64,000 nt of DNA from Myxococcota bacterium. Lineage in GTDB: Bacteria; Myxococcota_A; UBA9160; UBA6930. The notes beneath the pieces are model-generated. The model was not told the origin of the DNA. It ran no database searches and saw only the letters and a list, made by a program, of their open reading frames with translations. Every line of letters begins with the position of its first letter. The first letter of the stretch is position 1. The translations under genes were made by a program, and so were the position numbers. This document shows positions 44,835-54,565 of this stretch, in pieces. The stretch is from NCBI GenBank assembly GCA_965223415.1, contig OZ245002.1, forward strand, positions 1,760,001 through 1,824,000. Reading direction: 5' to 3'.

Positions 44835-45605
44835 GTGGCACTCGAGATCGACCTCGCCGGCCGGGTCGCCATCGTGACGGGAGGCGGTCGGGGCGTGGGC
44901 CTGGGCATCACCCGCCGCTTCCTCGAAGCCGGTGCCGACGTGGTGATCTGCGGCCGCAACGAGCCGGAGGCCATGCCGGCGGGCGGCGGCCGCGAAGCCC
45001 TCTTCGTCGCCACCGACGTGCGCGACGTCGACGCCATCGGCGCCGTCGTCGAGGCGACCCGGGCCCGCTTCGGCCGCCTCGACGCCCTCGTGAACAACGC
45101 CGGCGGCGCCCCCTACGCCGACGCGGCCGACGCCTCCCCCCGCTTCCACGAGAAGATCCTCGCCCTCAACCTCACCGCCCCGCTCCACTTCGCCCAGAAG
45201 GCCAACGCGGTGATGCAGGAGCAGGAGGAAGGCGGCTCGATCGTCATGATCACCAGTGTGTCCGGCATGCGCCCCTCGCCGGGCACCGCCGCCTACGGCG
45301 CGGCCAAGGCCGGCCTCATCTCCCTTGCCCAGAGCCTCGCCGTCGAGTGGGCGCCCAGGGTGAGAGTCAACGCCGTCGCCGCCGGCATGGTGCGCACGGA
45401 GCAGGCCCACCTCCACTACGGCGACGAAGCAGGGATCGCCCGGGTCGGCGCGACCGTTCCGCTCGGGCGCCTGGCCCAGCCCGAGGAGATCGGCGACGCC
45501 TGCGTCTACCTGGCCTCCCCGCTCGCCAGCTACGTGACCGGCGCGAACCTGCTGATCCACGGCGGCGGGGAAGCGCCGGCGTTCCTGGACGCGGCGCAGG
45601 ACTGA
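44835..45605 (+). CDS. SDR oxidoreductase (Rv3549c-like)
   Basis: TGGGRGVG, NNAGGAPY, RPSPGTAAYGAAK and HGGGE. Confidence 0.88.
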   Translation: MALEIDLAGRVAIVTGGGRGVGLGITRRFLEAGADVVICGRNEPEAMPAGGGREALFVATDVRDVDAIGAVVEATRARFGRLDALVNNAGGAPYADAADASPRFHEKILALNLTAPLHFAQKANAVMQEQEEGGSIVMITSVSGMRPSPGTAAYGAAKAGLISLAQSLAVEWAPRVRVNAVAAGMVRTEQAHLHYGDEAGIARVGATVPLGRLAQPEEIGDACVYLASPLASYVTGANLLIHGGGEAPAFLDAAQD

Positions 45606-45618
45606 GGCCGGCGGCCGG

Positions 45619-46353
45619 TCAGCGCCCCGAATCGATCCAAGCGACGGCTTGTTTGAGCTCGTCGGGCGCCGTTCGCTCCCAGCTCCGCAGGGCCGCGGCC
45701 AGCGACTTCGCCATGATGGAGCGAGCCTCCCCCGACTCGCCGTTCTCGATGGCGCGGATGACCCGCTGGTAGCTGCGGAGGGCCGACCGGCGCTGCTTCT
45801 CCTCCCACGGGGCGCTGGATTCCCCCGACATGCGATGCAGCGCTTCCACGAGGATCGCGAGTACCCGATTGCCCGACGCGGTGGCGATCAGGTTCATGAA
45901 GCGCCGGGCTTCCTCCCGGAAGAGGTCCGGGTCGTGCGCTCCTGCGTGCATCCGGGCGGCGCTCTCGTGGAGGGTCGCGACGTCCTCGCTGCTCGCGTTC
46001 GCAGCGGCCTCCGCCGCCAGGACCGGATAGATCGAGCAACGGACCTCCACGACGGAGCGGAACGAGGCATCGGCGAACTGAAGGTGGAGCGAGAGCACGC
46101 TCGCCAGGTGATCGGCTCCGGGGGTGCTGACGACCGGGCCTCCGCCGAGGCCGGCCTTGATGCGAAGCGCCCCCTGGAGCTCGAGGAACCGCAGGGCCTC
46201 GCGCACCGTGCCGCGCGCCACGCCGAGCTCCTCGACCATCCGGTGCTCGGCGGCGAGCTGCGTGCCGGGGCGAAGGCGCCGGCGCCGGATCTCGTTCACG
46301 AGCTTGCGGGCGATGCGGACGGCCGCGCGTTCGGGAGCTCGTCTTCGACTCAT
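45619..46353 (-). CDS. GntR/FadR-family regulator
   Basis: LGVARGTVREALRFLELQG...GGGP and an FCD-like C-domain. Confidence 0.88.
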   Translation of the reverse strand: MSRRRAPERAAVRIARKLVNEIRRRRLRPGTQLAAEHRMVEELGVARGTVREALRFLELQGALRIKAGLGGGPVVSTPGADHLASVLSLHLQFADASFRSVVEVRCSIYPVLAAEAAANASSEDVATLHESAARMHAGAHDPDLFREEARRFMNLIATASGNRVLAILVEALHRMSGESSAPWEEKQRRSALRSYQRVIRAIENGESGEARSIMAKSLAAALRSWERTAPDELKQAVAWIDSGR

Positions 46354-46372
46354 CCTGCCGCGGCCCTTCTCA

Positions 46373-47182
46373 CTAGCGTCCCCTGAACACGGGCTTGCGC
46401 TTCTCGAAGATCCCCCGCACGGCTTCGCGGCCGTCCTCGCTGGTCAGCGCTTCCCTCGCCAGGGAGAGCTCCTCGCGGAGGTGATCCTCGAGGCCAGCCA
46501 GGAGGCCGGCCCGGGTCACCAGGCGCTTGGTCTGTCGGGCCGCGATCGGAGCGACCTCGGCGATCTTGCGGCAGGTCGCGAGGAAGGCCTCCTCGAAGTC
46601 CTCGGCGGCGGCGACCTCGCCGACCAGTCCGAGGGCGAGGGCCGAATCGGCGTCCATCATCTGCGGATCGAGCAGGAATCGCATCGCACGCTCGTGGCCA
46701 ATCGCCTGGGGCAGGGTCCAGGAGAGGCCGCAATCCGGTGAGGTTCCCGCCCGCGCATAGCCGGGGTGGAAACGCGCCTTCGTGCTGGCGACGCGCATGT
46801 CCGCGCACATCGCGAGGGCGAGGCCGGCACCGATCGCGATGCCGTTGATGCCGGCGATGACGGGCTTCTCGCAGTCGACCCGGATGCCCGACACCAGACG
46901 GACCACCTGGTCCTCGGTGCTCGGCCGAGTGCCCCGGGCTTCGCCCGGCGGCCTGCGCTCCTTCAGGTCGGCGCCGGAGCAGAAAGCGTCACCGGCGCCG
47001 GTGATGCCGACCACGCGGACGTCGTCGTCCGCGGCCGCCGCCCGGACGCCCGCGATCAGCGCCTGCACCAGATCGCCCGAGAGCGCGTTCTTCTTGGCGG
47101 GACGGTTCAGGGTCACGACCCGGACACCGTCGGTGGTCTCCTCTCGGAGCACGGGCTCCTGGCTCGCCGTGGAATCGCTCAT
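46373..47182 (-). CDS. Enoyl-CoA hydratase/isomerase
   Basis: LNRPAKKNAL, AFCSGADL and GIAIGAG. Confidence 0.9.
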   Translation of the reverse strand: MSDSTASQEPVLREETTDGVRVVTLNRPAKKNALSGDLVQALIAGVRAAAADDDVRVVGITGAGDAFCSGADLKERRPPGEARGTRPSTEDQVVRLVSGIRVDCEKPVIAGINGIAIGAGLALAMCADMRVASTKARFHPGYARAGTSPDCGLSWTLPQAIGHERAMRFLLDPQMMDADSALALGLVGEVAAAEDFEEAFLATCRKIAEVAPIAARQTKRLVTRAGLLAGLEDHLREELSLAREALTSEDGREAVRGIFEKRKPVFRGR

Positions 47183-48445
47183 CTAGGCCGCCTCGCTCAA
47201 TCGGTAGCGAATGGGGAGCTTCTTCAAGCCCACGACGAAGCTCGACGCGATCTGGGCGGGATCGTTGGCGAGCTCCAGGACCTCGACCCGGCGGATCAGC
47301 TCCTGGAGCAGGGCGCGCTGCGACTGACGGGCGAGGTGGGTGCCCAGGCAGAAGTGCTCGCCGATCCCGAACCCCAGGTGCGGGTTCGGATCCCGGTCGA
47401 CCCGGAAGGCGTAGGGATCCTCGAAGACGGTCTCGTCGCGGTTCGCCGAGGCGTAGAAGAGGACGAGGTTCTCCCCCTTGCGGAGCTTCTGTCCCCGGAA
47501 CTCGAGATCCTCCGCCACGACCCGTTTCATGTAGTTGACGGGCGAGGTCCAGCGCACGATCTCCTCCACCGCGCTCGCCACGAGATCGGGGTTCCGCTTG
47601 AGCTTCTCGTACTCGGCCGGGTGCTGGGCCAGGGCATGGATGCCGCCGGCCAGGGCGTTCTTCGTGGTGTCGTGCCCCGCCGTGAAGGTGATCAGGTAGT
47701 AGCCGAGGGTCTCCATCATCCCCATCGGCTCGCCGTCGACCTTCGCGTTGGCGAGCAGGCTCGCCAGGTCGCCCTTCGGATTCGCGCGGCGATCCTCGAT
47801 GATCCCGTTGAAGAGCTGGAAGAACTCCATCGCCAGGGCCCGCACCGCAGCGCTGCGATCCTCGCCCTTGCGCTGCAGGTCGGGATCGTCGGAAGCGAAG
47901 AGCTCGTTGGTGAGCCGGAGCAGCTGGGGCTCCTTCTCGCGCGGCACCCCGAGAATCGTGGAGAGGACGCGCAGTGGGTGGGCGGCGGCGACCTCGTTCG
48001 CGAACTCGCACTCGCCCTCCCCGCCGCGGGTGCGCTCGACCAGCGCGTCCACCAGGCTGCGAGCGCTCTCCTCGACGATCGGGGCGACGCTCTCGATCGC
48101 CCGCGGGGTGAACCAGGGGGCAGCGACCTTGCGGTAGTCGCGGTGCTCGGGCGGATCCATCCCGATGATGGAGCGCATCCGGCCGACGCCCTGGTCCGCC
48201 TCGATGATCTTCCGCTGCTCCTGGCTCTCGAGCACGATGCCGAAGCGGTTCAGGAAGCGATCGGGCTGCTTCGAGACCTCGCAGATCTGATCGTGGCGCA
48301 CGACGGGATAGAAGGCGTCGAACCCCTCGGGCGCGCAGTGGTGCAGCCGATCCAGCCGGCGCAACGCGCGCCACTGCTCGTGGGGGATGCCGCGCTCGCC
48401 GTAGGCTTGGGGCGCGATCAGGTCGAATCCATCGATATCGGTCAT
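47183..48445 (-). CDS. Cytochrome P450
   Basis: MDPPEH, AGHDTT, EEIVR and FGIGEHFCLG. Confidence 0.95.
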   Translation of the reverse strand: MTDIDGFDLIAPQAYGERGIPHEQWRALRRLDRLHHCAPEGFDAFYPVVRHDQICEVSKQPDRFLNRFGIVLESQEQRKIIEADQGVGRMRSIIGMDPPEHRDYRKVAAPWFTPRAIESVAPIVEESARSLVDALVERTRGGEGECEFANEVAAAHPLRVLSTILGVPREKEPQLLRLTNELFASDDPDLQRKGEDRSAAVRALAMEFFQLFNGIIEDRRANPKGDLASLLANAKVDGEPMGMMETLGYYLITFTAGHDTTKNALAGGIHALAQHPAEYEKLKRNPDLVASAVEEIVRWTSPVNYMKRVVAEDLEFRGQKLRKGENLVLFYASANRDETVFEDPYAFRVDRDPNPHLGFGIGEHFCLGTHLARQSQRALLQELIRRVEVLELANDPAQIASSFVVGLKKLPIRYRLSEAA

Positions 48446-48529
48446 TGTCTCGTCTCCAGGCCAGAAGTAGTATCATGGTTTGGCGTCCGTTGCCCTCCGT
48501 CCGCCTGCGGCGATGGGAGTCTGGTCAGG

Positions 48530-50974
48530 GTGCTGAGCCCCTTCCGTGTGCTGGATCTCTCCGACGAGCGGGGGATCCTATGCGGCTTCGTGCTCGGAGA
48601 GCTCGGGGCCGACGTCGTGTGCGTCGAGCCGCCCAGCGGATCGCGCGCGCGGCAGCAGGGACCGTTCGCGGGAGCCGTGCCCGACCCCGAGCGCTCGCTC
48701 TTCTGGTGGGCCTACGCACGCGGCAAGCGCAGCGTCGTCCTCGATCCCGGGGCCCCGGCCGACCGCGACGCCCTGCTCCGCCTCGTCGACGGCGCCGACG
48801 TGCTGGTGGAGTCGCGCACGCCGGGGGAGATGGAGCGGCTCGGCCTCGGCTTCGAGGAGCTCGCGCGCCGGAACCCCGGGCTCGTCTACGTGTCGGTGAC
48901 GCCCTTCGGGCAGACCGGCCCCAAGGCGCACTGGGCAGCGAGCGACCTCACGGTCTTCGCGGCCTCCGGAGCGCTCTGGCTCATGGGCGACGAGGATCGT
49001 CCGCCGGTGCGGATCTCGGTCCCGCAGGCCTTCCTCCACGCGGCAGCCGAGGCGGCCGCGGCGGCGTTGGTGGCCCTCCACGAGCGGAGGCGATCCGGTC
49101 GGGGTCAGCACGTGGACGTGTCCGCCCAGCAGGCCGTCGCGCTCGCGACCCAGTCCGACATCGTCTCGGCGGCGCTCCGCTCGGCAGGCGGCGCACGGAC
49201 CGCCGGGGGCGGGAAGATCGGCGAGCTCACGCTCCGCTTCCGCTACCCCGCGCGGGACGGACACGTGTCGATCACGCACCTGTTCGGTCGCGCGTTCGGT
49301 CCCGCATCCGCCCGCCTGATGGAAGCGGTGTGCGACGACGGATTCTGTGACGAGGCGCTGCGCGACAAGGATTGGATCGCGATCGCGTCGCTGATCGCGA
49401 AGGGCGCCGAGCCGGTGGCGACCCACGATCGGGCCAAGGAGGCTATCGCCGCCTGGACCGCGTCGAAGACGAAGGCGGAGCTGCTCGAGATCGCGATGAA
49501 GCGCCGGCTTCTGGTCGCTCCGGCGTGGACCCTGCGGGACGTCGCCTCGAACGATCAGCTCGCCGATCGGAGCTACTTCCAGCCGCTCGAGCGGCCCGGC
49601 GGCGGGAAAGAGGCGCGGCAGCTCGGCCCATTCGTGCGCGGGACGGATCGCGCGCCGCGACCCGCTGACCGCGCCCCCCGGCTCGGTGAGCACACGACGG
49701 AGTTGCTCGGCGAATCCCGCGCGACCGTCGCCGCGGTTCCTGCTCCCGCCCGGTCGAAGGAAGACCCGGACCTTCCTCTGGCGGACGTCAAGATCCTCGA
49801 CTTCATGTGGGCCCTCGCCGGGCCCGCGGGCACGCGCATGCTGGCCGACTACGGCGCCGAGGTCGTGCGCGTCGAGTCGGGCTCGAAGCAGGACCCGATT
49901 CGCGGCGGGCGCCCCTTCGTCGACCGCCAGTTCGGGCTGGAGACCGGCGCGCTGTTCCACGGCGCGAATGCGGGCAAGCGGATGCTGGGGCTGGACCTCA
50001 CCCGGTCGGAGGCGCGCGAGGTGGTGCTCGACCTGGTCCGCTGGGCCGACGTCGTGTGCGAGTCCTTCACCCCGGGAACCCTGGCCCGCCTGGGCTTCGG
50101 GTACGACGCCCTGCGCGAGGTGAACCCAGCCCTGGTGATGCTCAGCACCTCCCTCATGGGCCAGACCGGTCCGCTCGCGACCTTCTCCGGCTATGGGAAC
50201 CTGTCCGCCGCGATCGTCGGCTTTCACGAGATGACGGGCTGGCCCGACCGGGAGGCGTCCGGACCCTACGGAGCGTACACGGACTACGTGACGCCGAAGT
50301 TCGTGGCGTCGGCCCTCCTGGCCGCCCTCGACCAGCGCGATCGGACCGGAGAGGGGGCACACCTGGATCTCTCCCAGGCCGAGGCGTCGCTCCACTTCCT
50401 CGCTCCCGCCATGCTCGACACCCTCGTGAACGGTGGGGACCCGACGCGCAAGGGAAACGGCGACGACTGCTTCGCGCCCCATGGCTGCTACCCGGTGACG
50501 GGAAACGACCGCTGGATCGCGATCGCCGTCGAGAACGACCGCGGCTTCCGGGACCTGTGTCGAGCCCTCGGCCGGGAGGTCCTCGCCGGCGACCCGCGCT
50601 TCGCGACCGCGGGCGACCGGCGGCGGAATGCGGGGGCCCTGGACACCGCCGTCGGCGAGCTCACCCGTGGGCACGAAGGCTCGGAGCTCGAGGCGCGGCT
50701 CCAGGAGAAGGGGATCGCGTGCCACACGGTGCAGGACAGCCCCGCCGCCTGCGCCGACCCGCAGCTCCAGGCGCGCGGGCACTTCGTGCGGCTCGAGTCC
50801 GGGGAGGCCTACACGATCGTCGAGGACACGCGCTCCAGGCTGTCGCGCACGCCGGCGCGCGTGCGACGCGGGGTGCCGACCCTGGGCCGCGACAACTGGG
50901 AGATCCTGACCGGGATCCTGGGCTACGACGAGGCCCGGGTCGCCGGGCTCGCCGCGGCGGGGGTGCTCGAATGA
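48530..50974 (+). CDS. Tandem-domain CaiB/BaiF CoA-transferase
   Basis: Two CaiB repeats: RVLDLS...LGADV...GKRS and KILDFMWALAGP...YGAEV...NAGKR. Start is uncertain; GTG 48530 chosen. Confidence 0.88.
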   Translation: MLSPFRVLDLSDERGILCGFVLGELGADVVCVEPPSGSRARQQGPFAGAVPDPERSLFWWAYARGKRSVVLDPGAPADRDALLRLVDGADVLVESRTPGEMERLGLGFEELARRNPGLVYVSVTPFGQTGPKAHWAASDLTVFAASGALWLMGDEDRPPVRISVPQAFLHAAAEAAAAALVALHERRRSGRGQHVDVSAQQAVALATQSDIVSAALRSAGGARTAGGGKIGELTLRFRYPARDGHVSITHLFGRAFGPASARLMEAVCDDGFCDEALRDKDWIAIASLIAKGAEPVATHDRAKEAIAAWTASKTKAELLEIAMKRRLLVAPAWTLRDVASNDQLADRSYFQPLERPGGGKEARQLGPFVRGTDRAPRPADRAPRLGEHTTELLGESRATVAAVPAPARSKEDPDLPLADVKILDFMWALAGPAGTRMLADYGAEVVRVESGSKQDPIRGGRPFVDRQFGLETGALFHGANAGKRMLGLDLTRSEAREVVLDLVRWADVVCESFTPGTLARLGFGYDALREVNPALVMLSTSLMGQTGPLATFSGYGNLSAAIVGFHEMTGWPDREASGPYGAYTDYVTPKFVASALLAALDQRDRTGEGAHLDLSQAEASLHFLAPAMLDTLVNGGDPTRKGNGDDCFAPHGCYPVTGNDRWIAIAVENDRGFRDLCRALGREVLAGDPRFATAGDRRRNAGALDTAVGELTRGHEGSELEARLQEKGIACHTVQDSPAACADPQLQARGHFVRLESGEAYTIVEDTRSRLSRTPARVRRGVPTLGRDNWEILTGILGYDEARVAGLAAAGVLE

Positions 50975-52176
50975 GCTTGCGAGGCGTCGCGGCCGTGGTC
51001 GGACTCGCCGAGCGGGCGCCGCGGCGCTACACGGCGGAGGAGACGAACCTCGACCTGCTGAGCGGCGTCGCGGTCGACGCCCTGGCCGACGCGGGAATCG
51101 ATCGATCCGCCGTGGATGGCCTGCTGGTCCACCCGATCGGCGGGCTGCCCGGGTTCGTGCCGGCGACAGTGGCCGAGTTCGTGGGACTGCGGCCGAGCTT
51201 CGCGGAGGTCGTCGATCTGGGCGGGGCCACCGGCGCCGGCATGGTGTGGCGCGCGGCGGCCGCGATCGGCGCCGGCCTCTGCCACACCTGCCTGTGCCTG
51301 ACGGGAACCCGCCGGCGTCACCGGACCGCGGCATCGGCGAAGGGCGGCCGCGTGGTGAACCGGACGCCCCGCTCCTTCCCCCCGACACGGGACCGCTCGC
51401 CCCAGGCGGAGTTCGACGCGCCCTACGGGTTGATCGGCGCGAACGTCGGCTACGCGCTCCTCGCCACCCGCTACGCCCACGAGTACCGGCTCGACGAGGC
51501 CCAGCGCGCGAAGGTGGCCGTCGACCAGCGTCGCAACGCGCACGCGAACCCGGCGGCGATCTTCCACGACCAGCCTCTCACGGTCGACGACGTGCTCTCG
51601 TCCGAGGTGATCTGCGAGCCGCTCCGCATGCTCGAGATCGTCATGCCCGCCGCCGGCGCCGCAGCACTGGTGGTGACGGCGGCCGATCGCGTCGTCGATG
51701 CGGCCCAGCGGCCCGCCTGGCTGCTCGGCGCCGGCGAGGCGGTCACGCACTCGTCGCTGGCCCAGGCGCCGGACCTCGGCGAGACCGGAATCGGGGTCGC
51801 GGCGCACGCGGCCTTCGCCTCGGCCGGGGTGGATCCCTCGCAGGTCGGCCTCGCGTCCCTCTACGACTGCTACACGATCATGGTCCTGCTCACGCTCGAG
51901 GAGGCCGGCTTCTGCAAGCCCGGTGAAGCCGGTGCCTTCGTCGCGTCGCACGACCTCACCTGGGCGGGGGACTTTCCGCTCAACACCCACGGCGGCCAGC
52001 TCTCGTTCGGGCAGCCCGGCATGGCCGGCGGCATGAGTCACGTGACGGAGGCGGTCCGCCAGGTCCAGGGGCGCGGCGGCGCGCGCCAGGTGCGAGGCCT
52101 CGAGCTCGCCTACGCCCACGGCAACGGCGGCATCATCGCCGAGCAGGTCGGGCTCGTCTTCGGAGCCGATCGATGA
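50971..52176 (+). CDS. Thiolase-superfamily protein (SCP2/Ltp aldolase-like)
   Basis: DLGGATG (no N-terminal catalytic Cys), LYDCYT and NTHGGQLSFG. Confidence 0.85.
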   Translation: MSLRGVAAVVGLAERAPRRYTAEETNLDLLSGVAVDALADAGIDRSAVDGLLVHPIGGLPGFVPATVAEFVGLRPSFAEVVDLGGATGAGMVWRAAAAIGAGLCHTCLCLTGTRRRHRTAASAKGGRVVNRTPRSFPPTRDRSPQAEFDAPYGLIGANVGYALLATRYAHEYRLDEAQRAKVAVDQRRNAHANPAAIFHDQPLTVDDVLSSEVICEPLRMLEIVMPAAGAAALVVTAADRVVDAAQRPAWLLGAGEAVTHSSLAQAPDLGETGIGVAAHAAFASAGVDPSQVGLASLYDCYTIMVLLTLEEAGFCKPGEAGAFVASHDLTWAGDFPLNTHGGQLSFGQPGMAGGMSHVTEAVRQVQGRGGARQVRGLELAYAHGNGGIIAEQVGLVFGADR

Positions 52177-52604
52177 GCGCACGCCCGATCCCGCCCACCT
52201 CGGAGCTGACCGCGCCCTACTGGGACGCGGCGCGGCGCGGCGAGCTCGCCCTGCAGCGTTGCGGGAGCTGCGGGCGCCGGCCGTTCCCGCCCCGGGCCCA
52301 TTGCCCGGATTGCGGCGCTGCGTCCCTCTCCTGGGCGCCGGTCTCCGGGCGGGGCACGGTCCGCAGTTTCACCGTCGCTCACCGCGCTCCGCACCCGGTC
52401 TTCGCAGAGCAGCTCCCGCTCGTCGTCGCGATCGTCGAGCTGGAGGAGGGCCCGCGCATGGTCACGAACCTGGTCGGCTGCGACCCCGGCCAGCTCGAGG
52501 TCGGAATGGCTGTCGAGGCGCGCTTCGAGCCGATCGACGACACCGACATGGTGCTACCCGTCTTCACACCCACCCGCGGCGACCGGTCCCACGGCGCCGC
52601 CTGA
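52173..52604 (+). CDS. DUF35 Zn-ribbon/OB-fold protein
   Basis: PYWDAA, QRCGSC..FPPRAHCPDC and VELEEGPRM. Confidence 0.9.
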   Translation: MSARPIPPTSELTAPYWDAARRGELALQRCGSCGRRPFPPRAHCPDCGAASLSWAPVSGRGTVRSFTVAHRAPHPVFAEQLPLVVAIVELEEGPRMVTNLVGCDPGQLEVGMAVEARFEPIDDTDMVLPVFTPTRGDRSHGAA

Positions 52605-52624
52605 TCACGAGTGGAGGAACCGAG

Positions 52625-53812
52625 ATGCCTTCTGTCGAGACGACACTGGCCAAGCGAACCGAGACCCCGGGTACCGAGGGTTGGCCGCGCACGGCGCGGG
52701 CTGGCGCCCCGAACAAGTACTTCATCGTCTCGGCCGACTGCCACGCGAACGAGCCCCGGAGCTGGGTGAAGTCGCGCATCGATCCGGCCTACCTGGATCG
52801 CCTGCCGCGGCTCGAGGTGCGCAACGGCGAGTCCTTCATCATCACCGACGGCAACCGCCCCTGGAAGATCCGCACCAGTCAGACCGACTGGGGCGACGAG
52901 GACATCCTGCGCAACAAGACGGGCTTCACGCCCGAGGAGCGCATCGCCGACCAGGACCGGGACGGCGTGGACGTGGAGATCGTCTTCCCCAACAAGGGGA
53001 TGCACAGCTTCGGCACGAAGGACCCCGGCTTCGCGATGGCGATGTGCCGCGCCTGGAACGACTGGGCGCACGAGGACTACGGGCCCCACGACCGCATCCT
53101 GCCGATGGCGATGATCCCGACCCTCGACGTCGACGCCGCGATCTCCGAGATCGAGCGCGTCGCCGAGATGGGGTTCCGCGGAATCACGATCCCGTGCAAG
53201 CCCGAGTACGGGCCGACCGGAATGGACCACCGCAACTACAACCAGCCCGAGTTCGAGCCCCTCTGGTCGGCGATCGAGGACGTGGACCTTCCCCTGACCA
53301 TCCACGTCTCCACCGGACGCGACCCGCGCGCGGCCTCCGGCCCCGGTGGCGCGGTCATCAACTACGCCGTGCACTGCTGCGCGGCCAGCCAGGAGCCGGT
53401 GGCGAACCTGTGCGCCTCGGGGGTCCTGGAGCGCCACCCGAAGCTTCGCTTCGCCACCATCGAAGCGGGCATCGGCTGGGTGCCGTGGCTGCTCGAGGCG
53501 ATGGACGAGGCGTTCTACAAGCACCGCATGTGGGTATCGCCGGATCTCAAGGAGCCGCCCAGCTTCTACTACCGTCGCCAGGGCTACTCGTCGTTCGGAG
53601 AGGAACGGTCGGGCCTCGCCCTCGCAGTGGAGCACGACCTGGTCGACAACTTCATGTGGGCCAACGACTACCCGCACCACGAGGGCACCTGGCCCCACTC
53701 CGCCTCGGCGATCGAGCGCACCATGGGCGACCTCGACGACGACCAGCGTGGCAGGATCCTGGGCGGCAACGCTGCTCGCTTCTTCGGCATCGAGCAGCCG
53801 GCCGCGGGGTGA
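52625..53812 (+). CDS. Amidohydrolase_2 family protein
   Basis: SADCH, IEAGIGWVP and WANDYPHHEGTWP. Confidence 0.9.
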   Translation: MPSVETTLAKRTETPGTEGWPRTARAGAPNKYFIVSADCHANEPRSWVKSRIDPAYLDRLPRLEVRNGESFIITDGNRPWKIRTSQTDWGDEDILRNKTGFTPEERIADQDRDGVDVEIVFPNKGMHSFGTKDPGFAMAMCRAWNDWAHEDYGPHDRILPMAMIPTLDVDAAISEIERVAEMGFRGITIPCKPEYGPTGMDHRNYNQPEFEPLWSAIEDVDLPLTIHVSTGRDPRAASGPGGAVINYAVHCCAASQEPVANLCASGVLERHPKLRFATIEAGIGWVPWLLEAMDEAFYKHRMWVSPDLKEPPSFYYRRQGYSSFGEERSGLALAVEHDLVDNFMWANDYPHHEGTWPHSASAIERTMGDLDDDQRGRILGGNAARFFGIEQPAAG

Positions 53813-53924
53813 GCCGACGGCCATCACCCGGAGGAGATCGAGGTCGGCCCACGGGATCCGACCGGTTTCGCGCCGCTGGGGACCCGGTGATGTACCCTCC
53901 GGTCCCCTGCACGGAGGACACGCC

Positions 53925-54173
53925 ATGGGCTTCCTGTCATGGATCCTGCTCGGCCTCGTGGTCGGCGCCCTTGCCAAGTGGATCATGCCCGGCCCCGATC
54001 CGGGCGGGATCGTCGTCACGATCCTGATCGGCATCGCCGGCGCCTTCGTCGGCGGATACGTTGGGACGATGCTCGGCCTGGGCACGGTCACGGGCTTCAA
54101 CCTGGGCAGCCTGGCGCTCGCCACCGGCGGGGCCCTCCTGCTGCTCTTCGGCTACCGCAAGATCAAGGGCTGA
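53925..54173 (+). CDS. GlsB/YeaQ/YmgE family stress membrane protein
   Basis: MGFLSWILLGLVVGALAKWIMPG...GIAGAFVGG. Confidence 0.92.
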   Translation: MGFLSWILLGLVVGALAKWIMPGPDPGGIVVTILIGIAGAFVGGYVGTMLGLGTVTGFNLGSLALATGGALLLLFGYRKIKG

Positions 54174-54178
54174 CTGCG

Positions 54179-54390
54179 CTCGGCCCGATCGCCCAGCTCG
54201 CCTGGTGGGTCGAGGAGCTCGAGCCGGCCGCGCTGGGATTCGCCGAGACGATCGTGGACGCGCGGGAGCCGCTCGGCCACACCCTCGAGATCTACCAGGG
54301 CGACCCGGCGCTCCGGGCCTTCCTCGCCCTGGTCGAACGGGCCGCGGTGGGCTGGGAGGCGGGAGCCGACCGCTGCGGAAACTCGGCTAG
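54179..54390 (+). pseudogene. Degraded VOC/glyoxalase-like gene remnant
   Basis: PIAQLAWWVEELEPAA (N-terminal-like) is joined directly to VDAREPLGHTLEIY...AAVGW (C-terminal-like). No start codon. The tail SRPLRKLG* is in another frame. Confidence 0.5.
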
Positions 54391-54565
54391 GCGTGACGTA
54401 GAATCGTCCCGTCGCCACCACCCGACTCGGGTGGACGCGGGGGGCCGGCCCCGACGAACGTCCCAGGCGATTCGCATGGAAAAGGACCTCAAGCGCCGCG
54501 ACCTGGCCTGACGAGGGGGAAGAACCGCTGGGCCTCCCCGGCATCCACTCCTCGGAGGGGCTCCC

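Noticed and set aside
46766..50974. 1402-aa ORF
   Set aside because: The first ~590 codons are antisense to the P450 and ECH genes. The real gene starts near 48530.
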